Source: a virus
Direction: 5' to 3' (one strand)
Virus record (IMG/VR): IMGVR_UViG_3300036770_006954
Coordinates: 96,001 to 160,000 of that record
DNA length: 64,000 nt
The notes beneath the pieces were generated by a model, which was not told where the DNA came from, ran no database searches, and was given only the letters and a program-made list of their open reading frames with translations. The stretch's first letter is position 1. The number at the start of each line of letters is the position of its first letter. Made by a program: the position numbers and the translations under genes. Positions 21,234-31,211 of this stretch are shown piece by piece.

Positions 21234-22523
21234 TTAGTCAGGACGGGAAATACCCAAACCTGCTAAGAAATCTAAACCATCATCCTCGGAATCTTCATCC
21301 GTGTCAAAACTTTCGTATTCCTCCTTGTTTTGTTTTGCAATTGTAATCAACTCACGAAAAGAGTCGGTAGCTTTTGCAATTCTTTTGGTATCTTCAGAAA
21401 TGGCGTTTCCAACAATTTCCAAGAACTCCTCAGCAGGGAGTTTATAAAGTTCCATTTGGAACCAATTAATCAAACCTTTATTTTGTTCATCATATACCTC
21501 ATCAGGTAATGCAAAACGAATTTTTTCCACAATTTGTGGTCCAATTCTAAGAGACCATGCCTCCATAGGTAGGGTATCGGTTTGGCCCATAACTTTTTCA
21601 CGGGTAGTGGGGTCTTCAGGTAAACCATAACGACCTTTAGCTTCTTCCAATCCTTTGATTATTTCGTGACACACAATGGGAAATAACATCCCATAGGCTT
21701 TAATTACGGTGTCGGGAGAACTGTCACCATCCTCATCTTCAAAACCATCATCACCAGCATCTTCAAGTTCGACTTTTCCGGCAACTCCTTGACCTGTAGC
21801 ACTCATCATGTCAATCATTTGTTCCATGGTGAAGTACATGAAATCATTCAAAGACATAATTTCCAGATATGCAGGATAAAGTCTTGGGTCAATTTCATCA
21901 AGTTTTTCCCTAACCTCAGGTTTTTGGAAAAGATAGTGTCCCTTTTTCGCCGAACCTTGGATAATTGCGTTAATGATATTTCTTTTATGTTTTTCTAATT
22001 CTAAGACTTCTTCAGGAGTTACTTCATCAATGTCAAAGCCTGAATCAATCATAATCTTTTGTGCATCCTCTTCGTTTTCTTCTTCTAACTCGTCGGCTTC
22101 ATATCTGAAGTTACTGACATCGATTGGTTCACGATTTAAATTTGCCTCAACGATGAACCAATCTGAAGGTACTTGAGTATCCTCTAAACAAGCTTCGATT
22201 GCCAAGTTCTCTAAAGCATCTCTGTGTCTTGATTCAATTTGCATAATTTGAGGAACTTTCTGATACATTTCAGCAATCAACATTCTTCCTAACATTTGAG
22301 AACTAATTGATTCTCTGCCAGTAACTTCTCGAACTTTGTCTACAACTTGTTTGAATCGGTTAGTAACCAATCTTTGTACATCTTCAGGACCTTTACCCAT
22401 TGCAGGGTTTTTTGCATAAGGACTTTCAGGGTCTCTTAATTTTCTTTCGAGACTTGGGTCCATACGTTCGGGGTAATCCCCGTAATCAATTTGTTCCTGA
22501 ATTTTTCTATTTTTTGCCATCAC
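21234..22523 (-). CDS. hypothetical acidic protein
   Basis: 429 aa ORF in late operon. Confidence 0.6.
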   Translation of the reverse strand: MMAKNRKIQEQIDYGDYPERMDPSLERKLRDPESPYAKNPAMGKGPEDVQRLVTNRFKQVVDKVREVTGRESISSQMLGRMLIAEMYQKVPQIMQIESRHRDALENLAIEACLEDTQVPSDWFIVEANLNREPIDVSNFRYEADELEEENEEDAQKIMIDSGFDIDEVTPEEVLELEKHKRNIINAIIQGSAKKGHYLFQKPEVREKLDEIDPRLYPAYLEIMSLNDFMYFTMEQMIDMMSATGQGVAGKVELEDAGDDGFEDEDGDSSPDTVIKAYGMLFPIVCHEIIKGLEEAKGRYGLPEDPTTREKVMGQTDTLPMEAWSLRIGPQIVEKIRFALPDEVYDEQNKGLINWFQMELYKLPAEEFLEIVGNAISEDTKRIAKATDSFRELITIAKQNKEEYESFDTDEDSEDDGLDFLAGLGISRPD

Positions 22524-23382
22524 GAAGAATACTTTGGATTAGTTGTAATACATCTTTTTTAGCATCTTCCATTTCTTTTTTAGACGCCTTTGGTTTTGGA
22601 TTCGGTCCTTCAAATGGTTTTTTTCCTGGGTGAGCAGGACGAATTGATGGACGAGTACCGGGTTTTGTAGTAGGTTTAACAGGTGCGGTCTCAGTTTCCG
22701 ACTCACCCATTGATTGTAACATACCCAAATCTCCAATAGGACGACTCATACGGATACTCTTACCCTTCTTTGATTTTGGTTTGTAAACCGAGCGACGAAT
22801 GACACCTTGTTCGGCAATCATATCTAATATTTCTGCTTTGGACATTTTTGGTTCTAAATAATTTTCAACCAAAGATACAATTTCTTCCTCAATAAAAAAA
22901 TCCATCGGAGATTTTCCTTCCTTCAAACTTTTTTTGACTTGTCTAACACATCTTTCAAACTTGGCGTTTTTCTTAGGTCCTAACTGTGAGTGGCATATTG
23001 CCCAAGGATTGTTTTCATCTTTTTCTTCCTCTGACATATCCTCTTTTTTATCAATTTCAGTATCCCCTAAATCACTCATACCGTCAGGAGCTTGAACTTG
23101 GTGTGGAGCTTGAGTGGTTGCACCACCTTGAGCACTACCCATGTAGTCCATATCATCCTCAGTCATCTCAGTTTCAATACGAACATTTATACCTCTTGAT
23201 GTCAAATCTTTGAGTTTTCCTGGGTCTTGAGTTGCCTTTTCTGCGGAAATCATAACTGCACCTTGTTCTAAAATAGTGAGTTTCTCGAGAAGTACATCCA
23301 TTTGATTCTCGTTTAATTTAACAACGGTTGTTGGTGATAATCCCATTTCAACCAATTTTACAATTTTTTCCTTAGTTTTCAT
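22507..23382 (-). CDS. hypothetical protein
   Basis: Probable ATG MKTKEK at 23382; NPWAICHSQLG motif. Confidence 0.55.
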   Translation of the reverse strand: MKTKEKIVKLVEMGLSPTTVVKLNENQMDVLLEKLTILEQGAVMISAEKATQDPGKLKDLTSRGINVRIETEMTEDDMDYMGSAQGGATTQAPHQVQAPDGMSDLGDTEIDKKEDMSEEEKDENNPWAICHSQLGPKKNAKFERCVRQVKKSLKEGKSPMDFFIEEEIVSLVENYLEPKMSKAEILDMIAEQGVIRRSVYKPKSKKGKSIRMSRPIGDLGMLQSMGESETETAPVKPTTKPGTRPSIRPAHPGKKPFEGPNPKPKASKKEMEDAKKDVLQLIQSILRDGKK

Positions 23383-23767
23383 AAACAACTTCTTTTTCAA
23401 ACTCAAGAATTAAGTCTTTTTCGTAAAGTTTATTTTTTACCGATTCTTCCTCTTCACCAAATTTAAATACCAATCGATTGTTTTCATCATACTCTTCAAT
23501 TTCCCATCCTAAAGCAATAACACCGTCCATGGCATCGGACATATTAAAATAATCTGAGTTTTGAATGAGTTCTAATTTAACATCTGAGTTTCTAAGAACT
23601 CCGACTTTGTCGATATGTTCTAAATTAGGTGGTGTGGGGTATCCACTTGAAGGAGATGCCTCCCATGAATCACCCCACACATCTAAATTTTCTGAAAATA
23701 TAAATTCGTAGAGATTGTTTCCCTTATAATCAGGACCAAGTCCATTGATATAAGTTAGATATCTCAT
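23372..23767 (-). CDS. hypothetical protein
   Basis: 131 aa ORF, translationally coupled. Confidence 0.6.
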   Translation of the reverse strand: MRYLTYINGLGPDYKGNNLYEFIFSENLDVWGDSWEASPSSGYPTPPNLEHIDKVGVLRNSDVKLELIQNSDYFNMSDAMDGVIALGWEIEEYDENNRLVFKFGEEEESVKNKLYEKDLILEFEKEVVYEN

Positions 23768-24930
23768 AAAACTATTCCTTCTACAGAAATTCTAATTTGT
23801 TTATTTTTATTTTCAAATACCAAATTTTTCTTGTTAGTTCTACCAACAAATTCAAAATCAGAATTTTCTTCTAAAAACTTTTTTCCCGCCAATTCCTGTT
23901 CAATGGTTTCAGATAGAGTTTCAATTTTTGAAATAAACGAATTAACTTTTTTCTTGTTTTCGATTTTTCTTTCTTCGAATAACTTTTTTGAAAGTTGTAC
24001 CTCTGAGTCAGTAACCTCAAAATACTTACTTAGGACTTTGTCGATTTTACTTTCTCTTACCGAGTTGAAGTCGTAATCTTCAGAACCCATACCTTCCATT
24101 GGTTCTTCCATAGAAACCTCATCTTCGATACCTAAATCCATTTCAGGTTCTCCACCCATATCAGAATCCATTTCAACATCTGACTCTACATCTTCAAACT
24201 TAGACATAATATCTTCCATATCTTCTGGTTCCAACTTAGTTAAATCGAGTGCGGAAAGAACCATGTTTATAACATATTTGATATCTTCAGAAGACATCCC
24301 TTCTTGGTCTTCAAGAGCTCTCATCTTTTGAGTTAACTTACCTGTAAGTTTTTGAATTACTTTGAAAGAAACTTTTTCTTCCATATCTTCACCACCTGTC
24401 ATCGGTTCTTCAGCCGGAACATCTAAATCAAGTTCTGCGTCCACCCCTAAATCAAGCTCATCCTCACCACCCATACTATCCATAGGTAATTCGGGTGCTG
24501 GAAGTGCAGCTGGTTCTGCGGGAACTGCAGGTGCTACAGCCTCAGGTGCTGGTGGAGTTGGTGTTTTTAAAACAAATTTCTTTTGTTCACCAAATAATTT
24601 AACTTCTTCAGTTTCTCCGTTTAACTCGTTTGTTTCTTTCACAATTAAGTTTAACTTCTTTAGAGCTTGTGAATATGAAGAATAATATTTTCTATTTTTC
24701 ATTGGCTCAATATAATCCAAGGTTGACTCATTCAATCCTTTTTTGATAATATACCCTTGTTTTTCTTTGACAATGTGGTAGTTCATACCGTCAGCCAAAT
24801 TAATTGAATAATCACTTGAACTTTCAGTAATACCGTTTGAGGGCATTCTGTAAGTGGCGATTTCCATAATTCTTTTCAATTTTTCGGTACCTTCTAATTT
24901 TTCACTACCGATTGGTTTAAGTTTTGCCAT
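23764..24930 (-). CDS. acidic putative prohead core protein
   Basis: 388 aa, D/E/P-rich, several (I/L)xE sites. Confidence 0.5.
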   Translation of the reverse strand: MAKLKPIGSEKLEGTEKLKRIMEIATYRMPSNGITESSSDYSINLADGMNYHIVKEKQGYIIKKGLNESTLDYIEPMKNRKYYSSYSQALKKLNLIVKETNELNGETEEVKLFGEQKKFVLKTPTPPAPEAVAPAVPAEPAALPAPELPMDSMGGEDELDLGVDAELDLDVPAEEPMTGGEDMEEKVSFKVIQKLTGKLTQKMRALEDQEGMSSEDIKYVINMVLSALDLTKLEPEDMEDIMSKFEDVESDVEMDSDMGGEPEMDLGIEDEVSMEEPMEGMGSEDYDFNSVRESKIDKVLSKYFEVTDSEVQLSKKLFEERKIENKKKVNSFISKIETLSETIEQELAGKKFLEENSDFEFVGRTNKKNLVFENKNKQIRISVEGIVL

Positions 24931-24951
24931 GGTTTTTCTTTATTTAATTTT

Positions 24952-25830
24952 TTAATTGTTAAGTCCGTGCATTCCACCCAACTGAACTGCACTCATATCG
25001 ATAACAGTCCCTTGTCTTCCACCATCGGGATTTTCAGGGACCCAATCCACTGGGTGAGGATAAGGTGGGGTTGTGATTACTCCATCACAGTCAACGCACG
25101 CATTGGCTTCGTATTGCTCATTTACTTCAAACACACCAAAAGGTGTTGGTGTTGGAGTTGGTGTTGCAGTGCCAGTCGCAGTTTGAGTCGGTGTTGCTGT
25201 ATTTGACGCCGTAATACTTGGTGTGGGTGTATTAGTGTTGGTTGGTGTATTAGTTGGTGTATTTGATGGTGTTTGAGTAGGTGTATTAGTTGGAGTTTCC
25301 GTAGGTGTAACCGTTGCTGTTGCCGTAATACTCGGAGTAGGAGTATTTGATGCGGTTATACTTGGGGTAGGGGAATTGGTGGGTGTTTGAGTTTGTGTTT
25401 GAGTTGGGGTTACAGTGTTAGTTGGAGTTTGAGTTACTGTCGGTGTTGGTGTATTTGTTGACGTTTGTGTTTGAGTTGGCGTGTTACTTGGTGTTTGGGT
25501 TTGAGTTTGTGTTGGGGTAGGTGTATTTGTTGAAGTTTGGGTTTGTGTTGGAGTGTTACTTGGAGTATTTGTTGGTGTTGAGGTTGGAGACTCAGTTGGT
25601 GTTGGTGTTAAATCTCCCAAACATTCAATACAAGTTTCCCAAGGCCCGTTGAATACTGTGACTACTTGAGCTAAGGGAGTTTCATCAAAATTTACTAAGG
25701 TCCAACAACCAATGTTTGTTGACCCCGCTAATAATTCGTAAATTTTACCTGAAACTATTTTAGCTTCGGTGGCAAAAAATCTTGAAGGTTGACCCGTACA
25801 AGAAGTTCCAATAAAATAATTCAACGCCAT
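24952..25830 (-). CDS. Pro/Thr-rich (mucin-like) late protein
   Basis: About 155 aa of TPT/TQT repeats between small Cys-containing domains. Confidence 0.7.
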   Translation of the reverse strand: MALNYFIGTSCTGQPSRFFATEAKIVSGKIYELLAGSTNIGCWTLVNFDETPLAQVVTVFNGPWETCIECLGDLTPTPTESPTSTPTNTPSNTPTQTQTSTNTPTPTQTQTQTPSNTPTQTQTSTNTPTPTVTQTPTNTVTPTQTQTQTPTNSPTPSITASNTPTPSITATATVTPTETPTNTPTQTPSNTPTNTPTNTNTPTPSITASNTATPTQTATGTATPTPTPTPFGVFEVNEQYEANACVDCDGVITTPPYPHPVDWVPENPDGGRQGTVIDMSAVQLGGMHGLNN

Positions 25831-25896
25831 GGACTTTTTTTTCTATAAATATTGTCGGTTAATAATAACTTTAATAAATAAATATCTAAATTGGTA

Positions 25897-26649
25897 TTAA
25901 TCTACCAATTTCACCTCAACTGATAATTCTTTGTCTGTTTGCCGACTGACAGTTGAATAAAGTTTTTCCAACAATCCCGACCTACGGAGGTATTTGAATA
26001 CCAAGTTTTCATAAGAATATTCCCCCTCTTTTTCGAGTCCTGACTTACGATAATCTTTTAATTTCTTTTTTAGTTTTTCAACTTTTTCTTCGTTGGCTTT
26101 AAGTCCTTCTTTTTTGATATTGGTGATAAGGTTTTGGATTTTGTCCTTCCAACTGTCAATTTTGGTTGTTAGGACCCCTCTTTCTAGTTGTGGTTTTTCT
26201 TTTGATGGTTTAGAAATCCACTCATCATTCAGTACGGAATATACTCCTGATGCAAAGTGAATCTCTTCAGAATCTTGTGGGTATAGTTCCACTTCGTAAC
26301 CGTATATTTTAATATCGTGTTTGTCATTAAAAATTTGTTTTTTAAGACCAAACAAATCTCTATAGAGTTGAGCTTGTTTTCCGAATTGATTGTAATCAAT
26401 GATAAGGTGGAGGTCAAAGTCGGAATATTCTGACCAGTTATAGTTTGATAGACTACCTGTCAGTACCACATCTTCAACTTCTAAGTCATCCACTAATGTA
26501 TCCCCGAAAGCTTCGGAGATTTTCATAAGTGCGTCTCTGACTTTTGGTTTCATCACCGCTTCAGATGCGTCGTCATAGTTTTCCCATACCTTTGGGTTAA
26601 GGGTGTCTCTAACTGCGAAACTCTGAAGTATAGTTGATAGTTGTGCCAT
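25897..26649 (-). CDS. Pol-beta superfamily nucleotidyltransferase
   Basis: LTGSLSNYNWSEYSDFDLH plus downstream VELY. Confidence 0.75.
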   Translation of the reverse strand: MAQLSTILQSFAVRDTLNPKVWENYDDASEAVMKPKVRDALMKISEAFGDTLVDDLEVEDVVLTGSLSNYNWSEYSDFDLHLIIDYNQFGKQAQLYRDLFGLKKQIFNDKHDIKIYGYEVELYPQDSEEIHFASGVYSVLNDEWISKPSKEKPQLERGVLTTKIDSWKDKIQNLITNIKKEGLKANEEKVEKLKKKLKDYRKSGLEKEGEYSYENLVFKYLRRSGLLEKLYSTVSRQTDKELSVEVKLVD

Positions 26650-26669
26650 CTGAGATAAATACCTCCTTA

Positions 26670-26912
26670 TTAGAGTTTGGTGTATTTGAATTTTTTGGCA
26701 ATATCACTTGAGAAGTATTTTCCTTGAGATTCTGCCATTCTGAATTTCGTGTAGGTTGCGTGTGGAACTTCTTCGTATTGGTATTTGGTTCCATTTTTAA
26801 ATTCTACCACCATTTCTTTTGACTCGGTATCATAGGTACTTTTGATGATTGTTGTTGAATCAATCTCATTGATGATTTTTGTTCCGTCTATAGTTTCTTT
26901 TTTTACTCCCAT
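26670..26912 (-). CDS. KTSC domain protein
   Basis: STTI...YD...VEFKNGTKYQYEEVP...AESQGKYF. Confidence 0.85.
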   Translation of the reverse strand: MGVKKETIDGTKIINEIDSTTIIKSTYDTESKEMVVEFKNGTKYQYEEVPHATYTKFRMAESQGKYFSSDIAKKFKYTKL

Positions 26913-27014
26913 TGTAAAGATGTTTTATAGTTTAATTTATTAGTGTATTGTCAATTGATAAATACAAAAAAACCCCCAACTTACGCTGAGGGTGAAAAAC
27001 AAGGTCATTAATTA

Positions 27015-27440
27015 TTAGGAAAGTTTCTTTATTTCATCTCTAAGTTCTATTGCTTTTTCAAAGTCTTGTTGGTCGACTGCTTTCATTAGTTGGAAGTTGA
27101 GGTCATCAATTTTGACTTTGTTGTCTTCCAAGTTTTTAATCTTGTCACGAAGTTCAACCGCTTTTTCAAACTCTTGGAGGTCCACCGCTTTTTTAAGTTC
27201 TTTTTTGAGACGCTCCAAGTTTGTAGATTCTTCGGTTTGTGGGGTACTACCTTGGGTTGACCTGAAGATTGTGGTGAATTGAATCATTCCATCTTCAGAG
27301 GTAAAGGTTTCTTTTGACCAATCCCCCAATTCATCTTTACCGGTTTCTTTTTGGGTTTTACCTTTATAGACAAATGGGTCTTGGTTTAACAAGGAGTTAA
27401 AAAGGTTGTCAAATTCGTCAAGTAATCTTCTTCTAAACAT
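27015..27440 (-). CDS. tandem UVR (UvrB/UvrC) motif protein, putative Clp adaptor
   Basis: Two copies of LKKAVxxQ(E/D)FEKA(V/I)ELRD(K/E)IK; probable start MFRRRLL. Confidence 0.75.
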   Translation of the reverse strand: MFRRRLLDEFDNLFNSLLNQDPFVYKGKTQKETGKDELGDWSKETFTSEDGMIQFTTIFRSTQGSTPQTEESTNLERLKKELKKAVDLQEFEKAVELRDKIKNLEDNKVKIDDLNFQLMKAVDQQDFEKAIELRDEIKKLS

Positions 27441-27478
27441 TTTTTTAATTTTTAATTTGTTTATTTGACCCTGATAAG

Positions 27479-27580
27479 ACAAGTCCTGTACCAAATCAAA
27501 ATAACTGACAAAATGTCCGAAATAGTTGTATTTGTAAATAATTTCCTGACACGATGTCAAATATCAAGAAAATTCTGACA
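27479..27580. promoter_or_regulatory. putative sigma54-like promoter (minus strand) and TGACA-N3-TGTCA operators
   Basis: TGGTAC-N5-TTGT at 27479-27493(-); palindromes at 27506-27518 and 27547-27559; half site at 27575-27580. Confidence 0.5.
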
Positions 27581-27637
27581 AGGGTTTGGAATTGTCCTTT
27601 TTTTGATTAACCTTTGTACAAATCAATTTTAATAATC

Positions 27638-29638
27638 ATGAACGACACATTAGGAGACGACGATAAGACACTTTCGAGAAAGAAACCTACCTCCGACTCG
27701 GGAACCCCCGTATTGGATAACTTCTCTCGGGACTTGAACAAATTGGCGGAACAAGGAAAACTCGACCCAGTAATTGGTCGTGAGAAAGAAATTGTTCGCA
27801 TTGCTCAAATCTTGTCTCGTAGAAAGAAAAACAACCCTATTATCTTGGGGGAGCCAGGTTCTGGTAAAACCGCATTGGTTGAAGGATTGGCATCTCTGAT
27901 TGTGAATGGGGAATGTCCTAAAAACCTTCTTGACAAGCGTATTGTCAATTTGGACCTTACCGCAGTGGTGGCAGGGACAAAATACCGTGGTCAGTTTGAG
28001 GAGCGTCTAAAGGTTATCCTTGAAGAACTCTCCAATAATCCCAACATTATTGTCTTCATTGATGAAATTCACACATTGATTGGTTCAGGTAACTCATCAG
28101 GTAGTTTGGATGGTTCAAACATCTTCAAACCCGCACTTGCTCGTGGAGAAATCCAATGCATCGGTGCAACCACCTTGGACGAGTATCGTAAGTCATTTGA
28201 GAAGGATGGAGCTTTGGAGCGTCGATTCCAAAAGGTAATCGTGGACCCCTCAACGGTTCAAGAGACAATCCAAATCCTCACCAACATCAAAGACCGCTAC
28301 GAGGCTTTCCACAAAGTGGCATACTCTCAAGAGATTATCGAACTCTGTGTACAACTCGCAGACCGATACATCACCGACCGTGAGTTCCCTGACAAAGCAT
28401 TTGACATCTTGGATGAAGTTGGTGCCCGTAGTCAAACCGAGCAAAAGATTCCTGAAGTAATTGAGGACCTCAAGCAAAAGGCTGCGGAAATCAAACAACA
28501 AAAGATGGATGTTGTTAAGAAGCAGAACTACGAAGAAGCTGCATCCCTTCGGGACAAGGAGCGTAAAATCCTTGCCAAACTTGAAGAGGAAAAGCGCAAA
28601 TTCGCAGAAGAATCTGCAACTACCCGTATCCCCATCTCCGTGGAGCAAGTCTACGATGTGGTTTCCAACATGACCAAAATCCCTGTGAGCAAAATGTCCA
28701 TTGACGACACCAACTCACTTATCAATATGGACAAAGTCCTTATGGAGAAGGTAATTGGTCAAGACGAAGCCGTTTCCAAGATTGTTAAATCAATCCGTCG
28801 TAACCGAATCGGAATTAAAGACCCCAACCGTCCCATCGGTTCATTCATCTTCTTGGGTTCAACAGGTGTGGGTAAGACCCACTTGGCAAAACAGATTGCA
28901 AAGGAGATGTTCGGGTCAGAAGATGCGTTAATCCGCGTCGACATGAGCGAATATCAAGAGAAACATACTTTGTCTCGTTTGGTAGGAGCACCTCCGGGAT
29001 ATGTCGGTTACGAAGAAGGTGGACAACTCACCGAACAGGTAAAAAACAAACCTTATTCTGTTATCCTGTTTGATGAAGTGGAGAAAGCCCACAAGGACAT
29101 CTTCTCAATCCTCCTTCAGATTCTTGATGATGGTCACGCAACCGATTCCCTCGGTCGAAAAATCAATTTCAAGAACACCCTTATCATCATGACCACCAAC
29201 CTCGGAGTTAAGAAACTTCAAGACTTCGGAGCTGGAATCGGGTTCTCCTCAAACAAGTACTCAAACGAGGAAGCCAAGAAACAAATCTTGATGAAGGAAA
29301 TGAAGAACTTTTTCTCTCCCGAATTCCTCAACCGTATCGATGACACCATCGTGTTCCAAACACTCACGAAGGACAACATCGAGAAGATTGTAGGATTGGA
29401 ACTTCAGAAACTCTCGAAGCGACTCGGTGAGATGAAGTACAAAGTGGTGATGGACCCCACCGTTACAGAGTACATTGCAAAAGTCGGTTTTGATGATGTA
29501 TACGGAGCTCGTCCTGTAAAACGAGCCATCCAAGACAAAATCGAAGATTACCTCTCGGAGCTTATCCTAATAGGTAAACTTAAAGAAAACCGAAAATACA
29601 CCTTAAAGGTAGTAAATGAAGAGGTGAAAATCTCTTAA
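27638..29638 (+). CDS. clpC: ClpC-like AAA+ ATPase lacking the N-terminal domain
   Basis: GEPGSGKT, FIDEIH, ALERRFQ, UVR M-domain, GSTGVGKT, GYVG, FDEVEKAH, GARP. Confidence 0.92.
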   Translation: MNDTLGDDDKTLSRKKPTSDSGTPVLDNFSRDLNKLAEQGKLDPVIGREKEIVRIAQILSRRKKNNPIILGEPGSGKTALVEGLASLIVNGECPKNLLDKRIVNLDLTAVVAGTKYRGQFEERLKVILEELSNNPNIIVFIDEIHTLIGSGNSSGSLDGSNIFKPALARGEIQCIGATTLDEYRKSFEKDGALERRFQKVIVDPSTVQETIQILTNIKDRYEAFHKVAYSQEIIELCVQLADRYITDREFPDKAFDILDEVGARSQTEQKIPEVIEDLKQKAAEIKQQKMDVVKKQNYEEAASLRDKERKILAKLEEEKRKFAEESATTRIPISVEQVYDVVSNMTKIPVSKMSIDDTNSLINMDKVLMEKVIGQDEAVSKIVKSIRRNRIGIKDPNRPIGSFIFLGSTGVGKTHLAKQIAKEMFGSEDALIRVDMSEYQEKHTLSRLVGAPPGYVGYEEGGQLTEQVKNKPYSVILFDEVEKAHKDIFSILLQILDDGHATDSLGRKINFKNTLIIMTTNLGVKKLQDFGAGIGFSSNKYSNEEAKKQILMKEMKNFFSPEFLNRIDDTIVFQTLTKDNIEKIVGLELQKLSKRLGEMKYKVVMDPTVTEYIAKVGFDDVYGARPVKRAIQDKIEDYLSELILIGKLKENRKYTLKVVNEEVKIS

Positions 29639-29643
29639 CATAG

Positions 29644-29671
29644 AAGGGGGGACGAAAGTTCCCCCTTTTTT
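29644..29671 (+). terminator. intrinsic terminator
   Basis: AAGGGGGGAC-GAAA-GTTCCCCCTT followed by a T run. Confidence 0.85.
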
Positions 29672-29704
29672 ATTTTCAAAAGTATTTATTACAAAAATAC
29701 TTTA

Positions 29705-30043
29705 ATGAAAAAAATCGTTAAATTAACTGAAAGTGACCTCACAAGAATCATCGAAAGAGTCATTTCAGAACAAGAAAAAATTGAACTACCTGCAAAGGAG
29801 TTAAAGTCGGTCATTGAACCTGCCAAAGTTGCTCAAATTAAATCTCAAGCAGATGTATTGGCTCAAGACACAGAGTTAATCAAAAATACATTGGATTTAA
29901 TTAGAAGAATTGACCCTGAATCATATCAAATGATTACCAAAGGACAAACCCCTAATAAAAGAACTGTATTGGGTGACGCAATTATCGGTGGAACTTTGTT
30001 GTCATTGATTTACACCGTAATGGCGGAATTGAAAGGTCAATAA
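29705..30043 (+). CDS. putative internal head protein (MKKIVKLTESDL leader)
   Basis: Shared leader, late motif, hydrophobic C-terminus. Confidence 0.55.
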   Translation: MKKIVKLTESDLTRIIERVISEQEKIELPAKELKSVIEPAKVAQIKSQADVLAQDTELIKNTLDLIRRIDPESYQMITKGQTPNKRTVLGDAIIGGTLLSLIYTVMAELKGQ

Positions 30044-30044
30044 G

Positions 30045-30617
30045 ATGAAAATTTTAATCTCGGAATCACAATATAAAGTTCTTGTTGAACAAGAAAGCGA
30101 AGATGTGTGTGTACAAGACGAACTTGACACACTAAACGATTTCTTGGGTGGAATTGTCACGGTTGAACCCGAAGACATCGGTGGAGAACTCAGTCACGAA
30201 GATTTGCTTTCCACAGTTACCGACCCCAAAGCAAAAAACATGTTGACCAAGGTTTTAAACAACCTTTCACAAATGAACATGGAACAACTCAGAGACCAAC
30301 TCAAAAAAGTTATGTCCATGAAAAATCTCAAAGAACAAGAAACTCCTTATATGGATAGAACAACCGAAATTGGTGGAGTTCAAGTTCCAACAGCGGTAGT
30401 TCATGGGTCACTAGGTTTATTGGCAATTGCAATTCTTACCAAAATGATTAAAGGTCTCTCGGGTATGGGTACTGGTGGTAGAAGAGGTGGAAGACGAGGT
30501 CGTCTTGCATCAAGAGCTACAGGATGTCAAGGAGGAGCCGCAAGAGCAAAACTCGTCAGAATGAGAAGAAGAAGAGAAAACTGGAGAAGTTTCCTCAGAA
30601 AAATCGGATTAAGATAA
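30045..30617 (+). CDS. putative internal head protein with hydrophobic and Arg-rich tail
   Basis: MKILISESQY...LVEQ leader, internal LKEQ. Confidence 0.55.
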   Translation: MKILISESQYKVLVEQESEDVCVQDELDTLNDFLGGIVTVEPEDIGGELSHEDLLSTVTDPKAKNMLTKVLNNLSQMNMEQLRDQLKKVMSMKNLKEQETPYMDRTTEIGGVQVPTAVVHGSLGLLAIAILTKMIKGLSGMGTGGRRGGRRGRLASRATGCQGGAARAKLVRMRRRRENWRSFLRKIGLR

Positions 30618-30637
30618 AAAAATAAAAAAAAACAAAA

Positions 30638-31132
30638 ATGAAAAAAGTTATTAGACTTACAGAATCAGATTTGACAAGAATTATTCAAAGAGTTATTGAA
30701 GAACAAGAAATGACTCAAGCAAATAAGAAATCACCTCAACAATGTGAGATGATTAAAAAGAGAGCCCTCAGAAATAAAAACAGAGGTCAAAGATTAATCA
30801 AAATGTTCCCAAAACCATTACAAGGAATAATGAGTAAATCTTTTGACTCTGGCATCAAAAATGGTGTTGAATCATTCTTTACATCAATCCCCACAGAAGT
30901 CAGAAGTGAGGTCAAACAAAAATTTAATAAATCAAAAAAACCGAAGACTGACGCTGAACTCGATGTTATAATTGCAAATGCAGAGTCAGGACAACAAGAT
31001 ATGCAAGAACAAACCGCAAGTTGGAAGGACTGGGTTTGGCTTATGGTTCTTTTGGCAATCATTATTTTTCTAATTTGGAACGGCACCCGCAATTACGGTG
31101 AATACTGCGGTCAGTCAATTTGGTGGAATTAA
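30638..31132 (+). CDS. putative internal head protein with C-terminal TM helix
   Basis: MKKVIRLTESDL leader; WVWLMVLLAIIIFLIW. Confidence 0.55.
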   Translation: MKKVIRLTESDLTRIIQRVIEEQEMTQANKKSPQQCEMIKKRALRNKNRGQRLIKMFPKPLQGIMSKSFDSGIKNGVESFFTSIPTEVRSEVKQKFNKSKKPKTDAELDVIIANAESGQQDMQEQTASWKDWVWLMVLLAIIIFLIWNGTRNYGEYCGQSIWWN

Positions 31133-31211
31133 AAAATTTATCATCACACACTTAAACCCTCCCTCAAAAAAAGGGGGGGTTTTCTTTTGGGTGAAATGGT
31201 ATTTATAACAT

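Noticed and set aside
25140-25610. Repetitive DNA resembling a CRISPR or tandem array
   Set aside because: It is degenerate codon repeats of an in-frame Pro/Thr tract; no fixed repeat-spacer pattern was seen here or elsewhere in the window.
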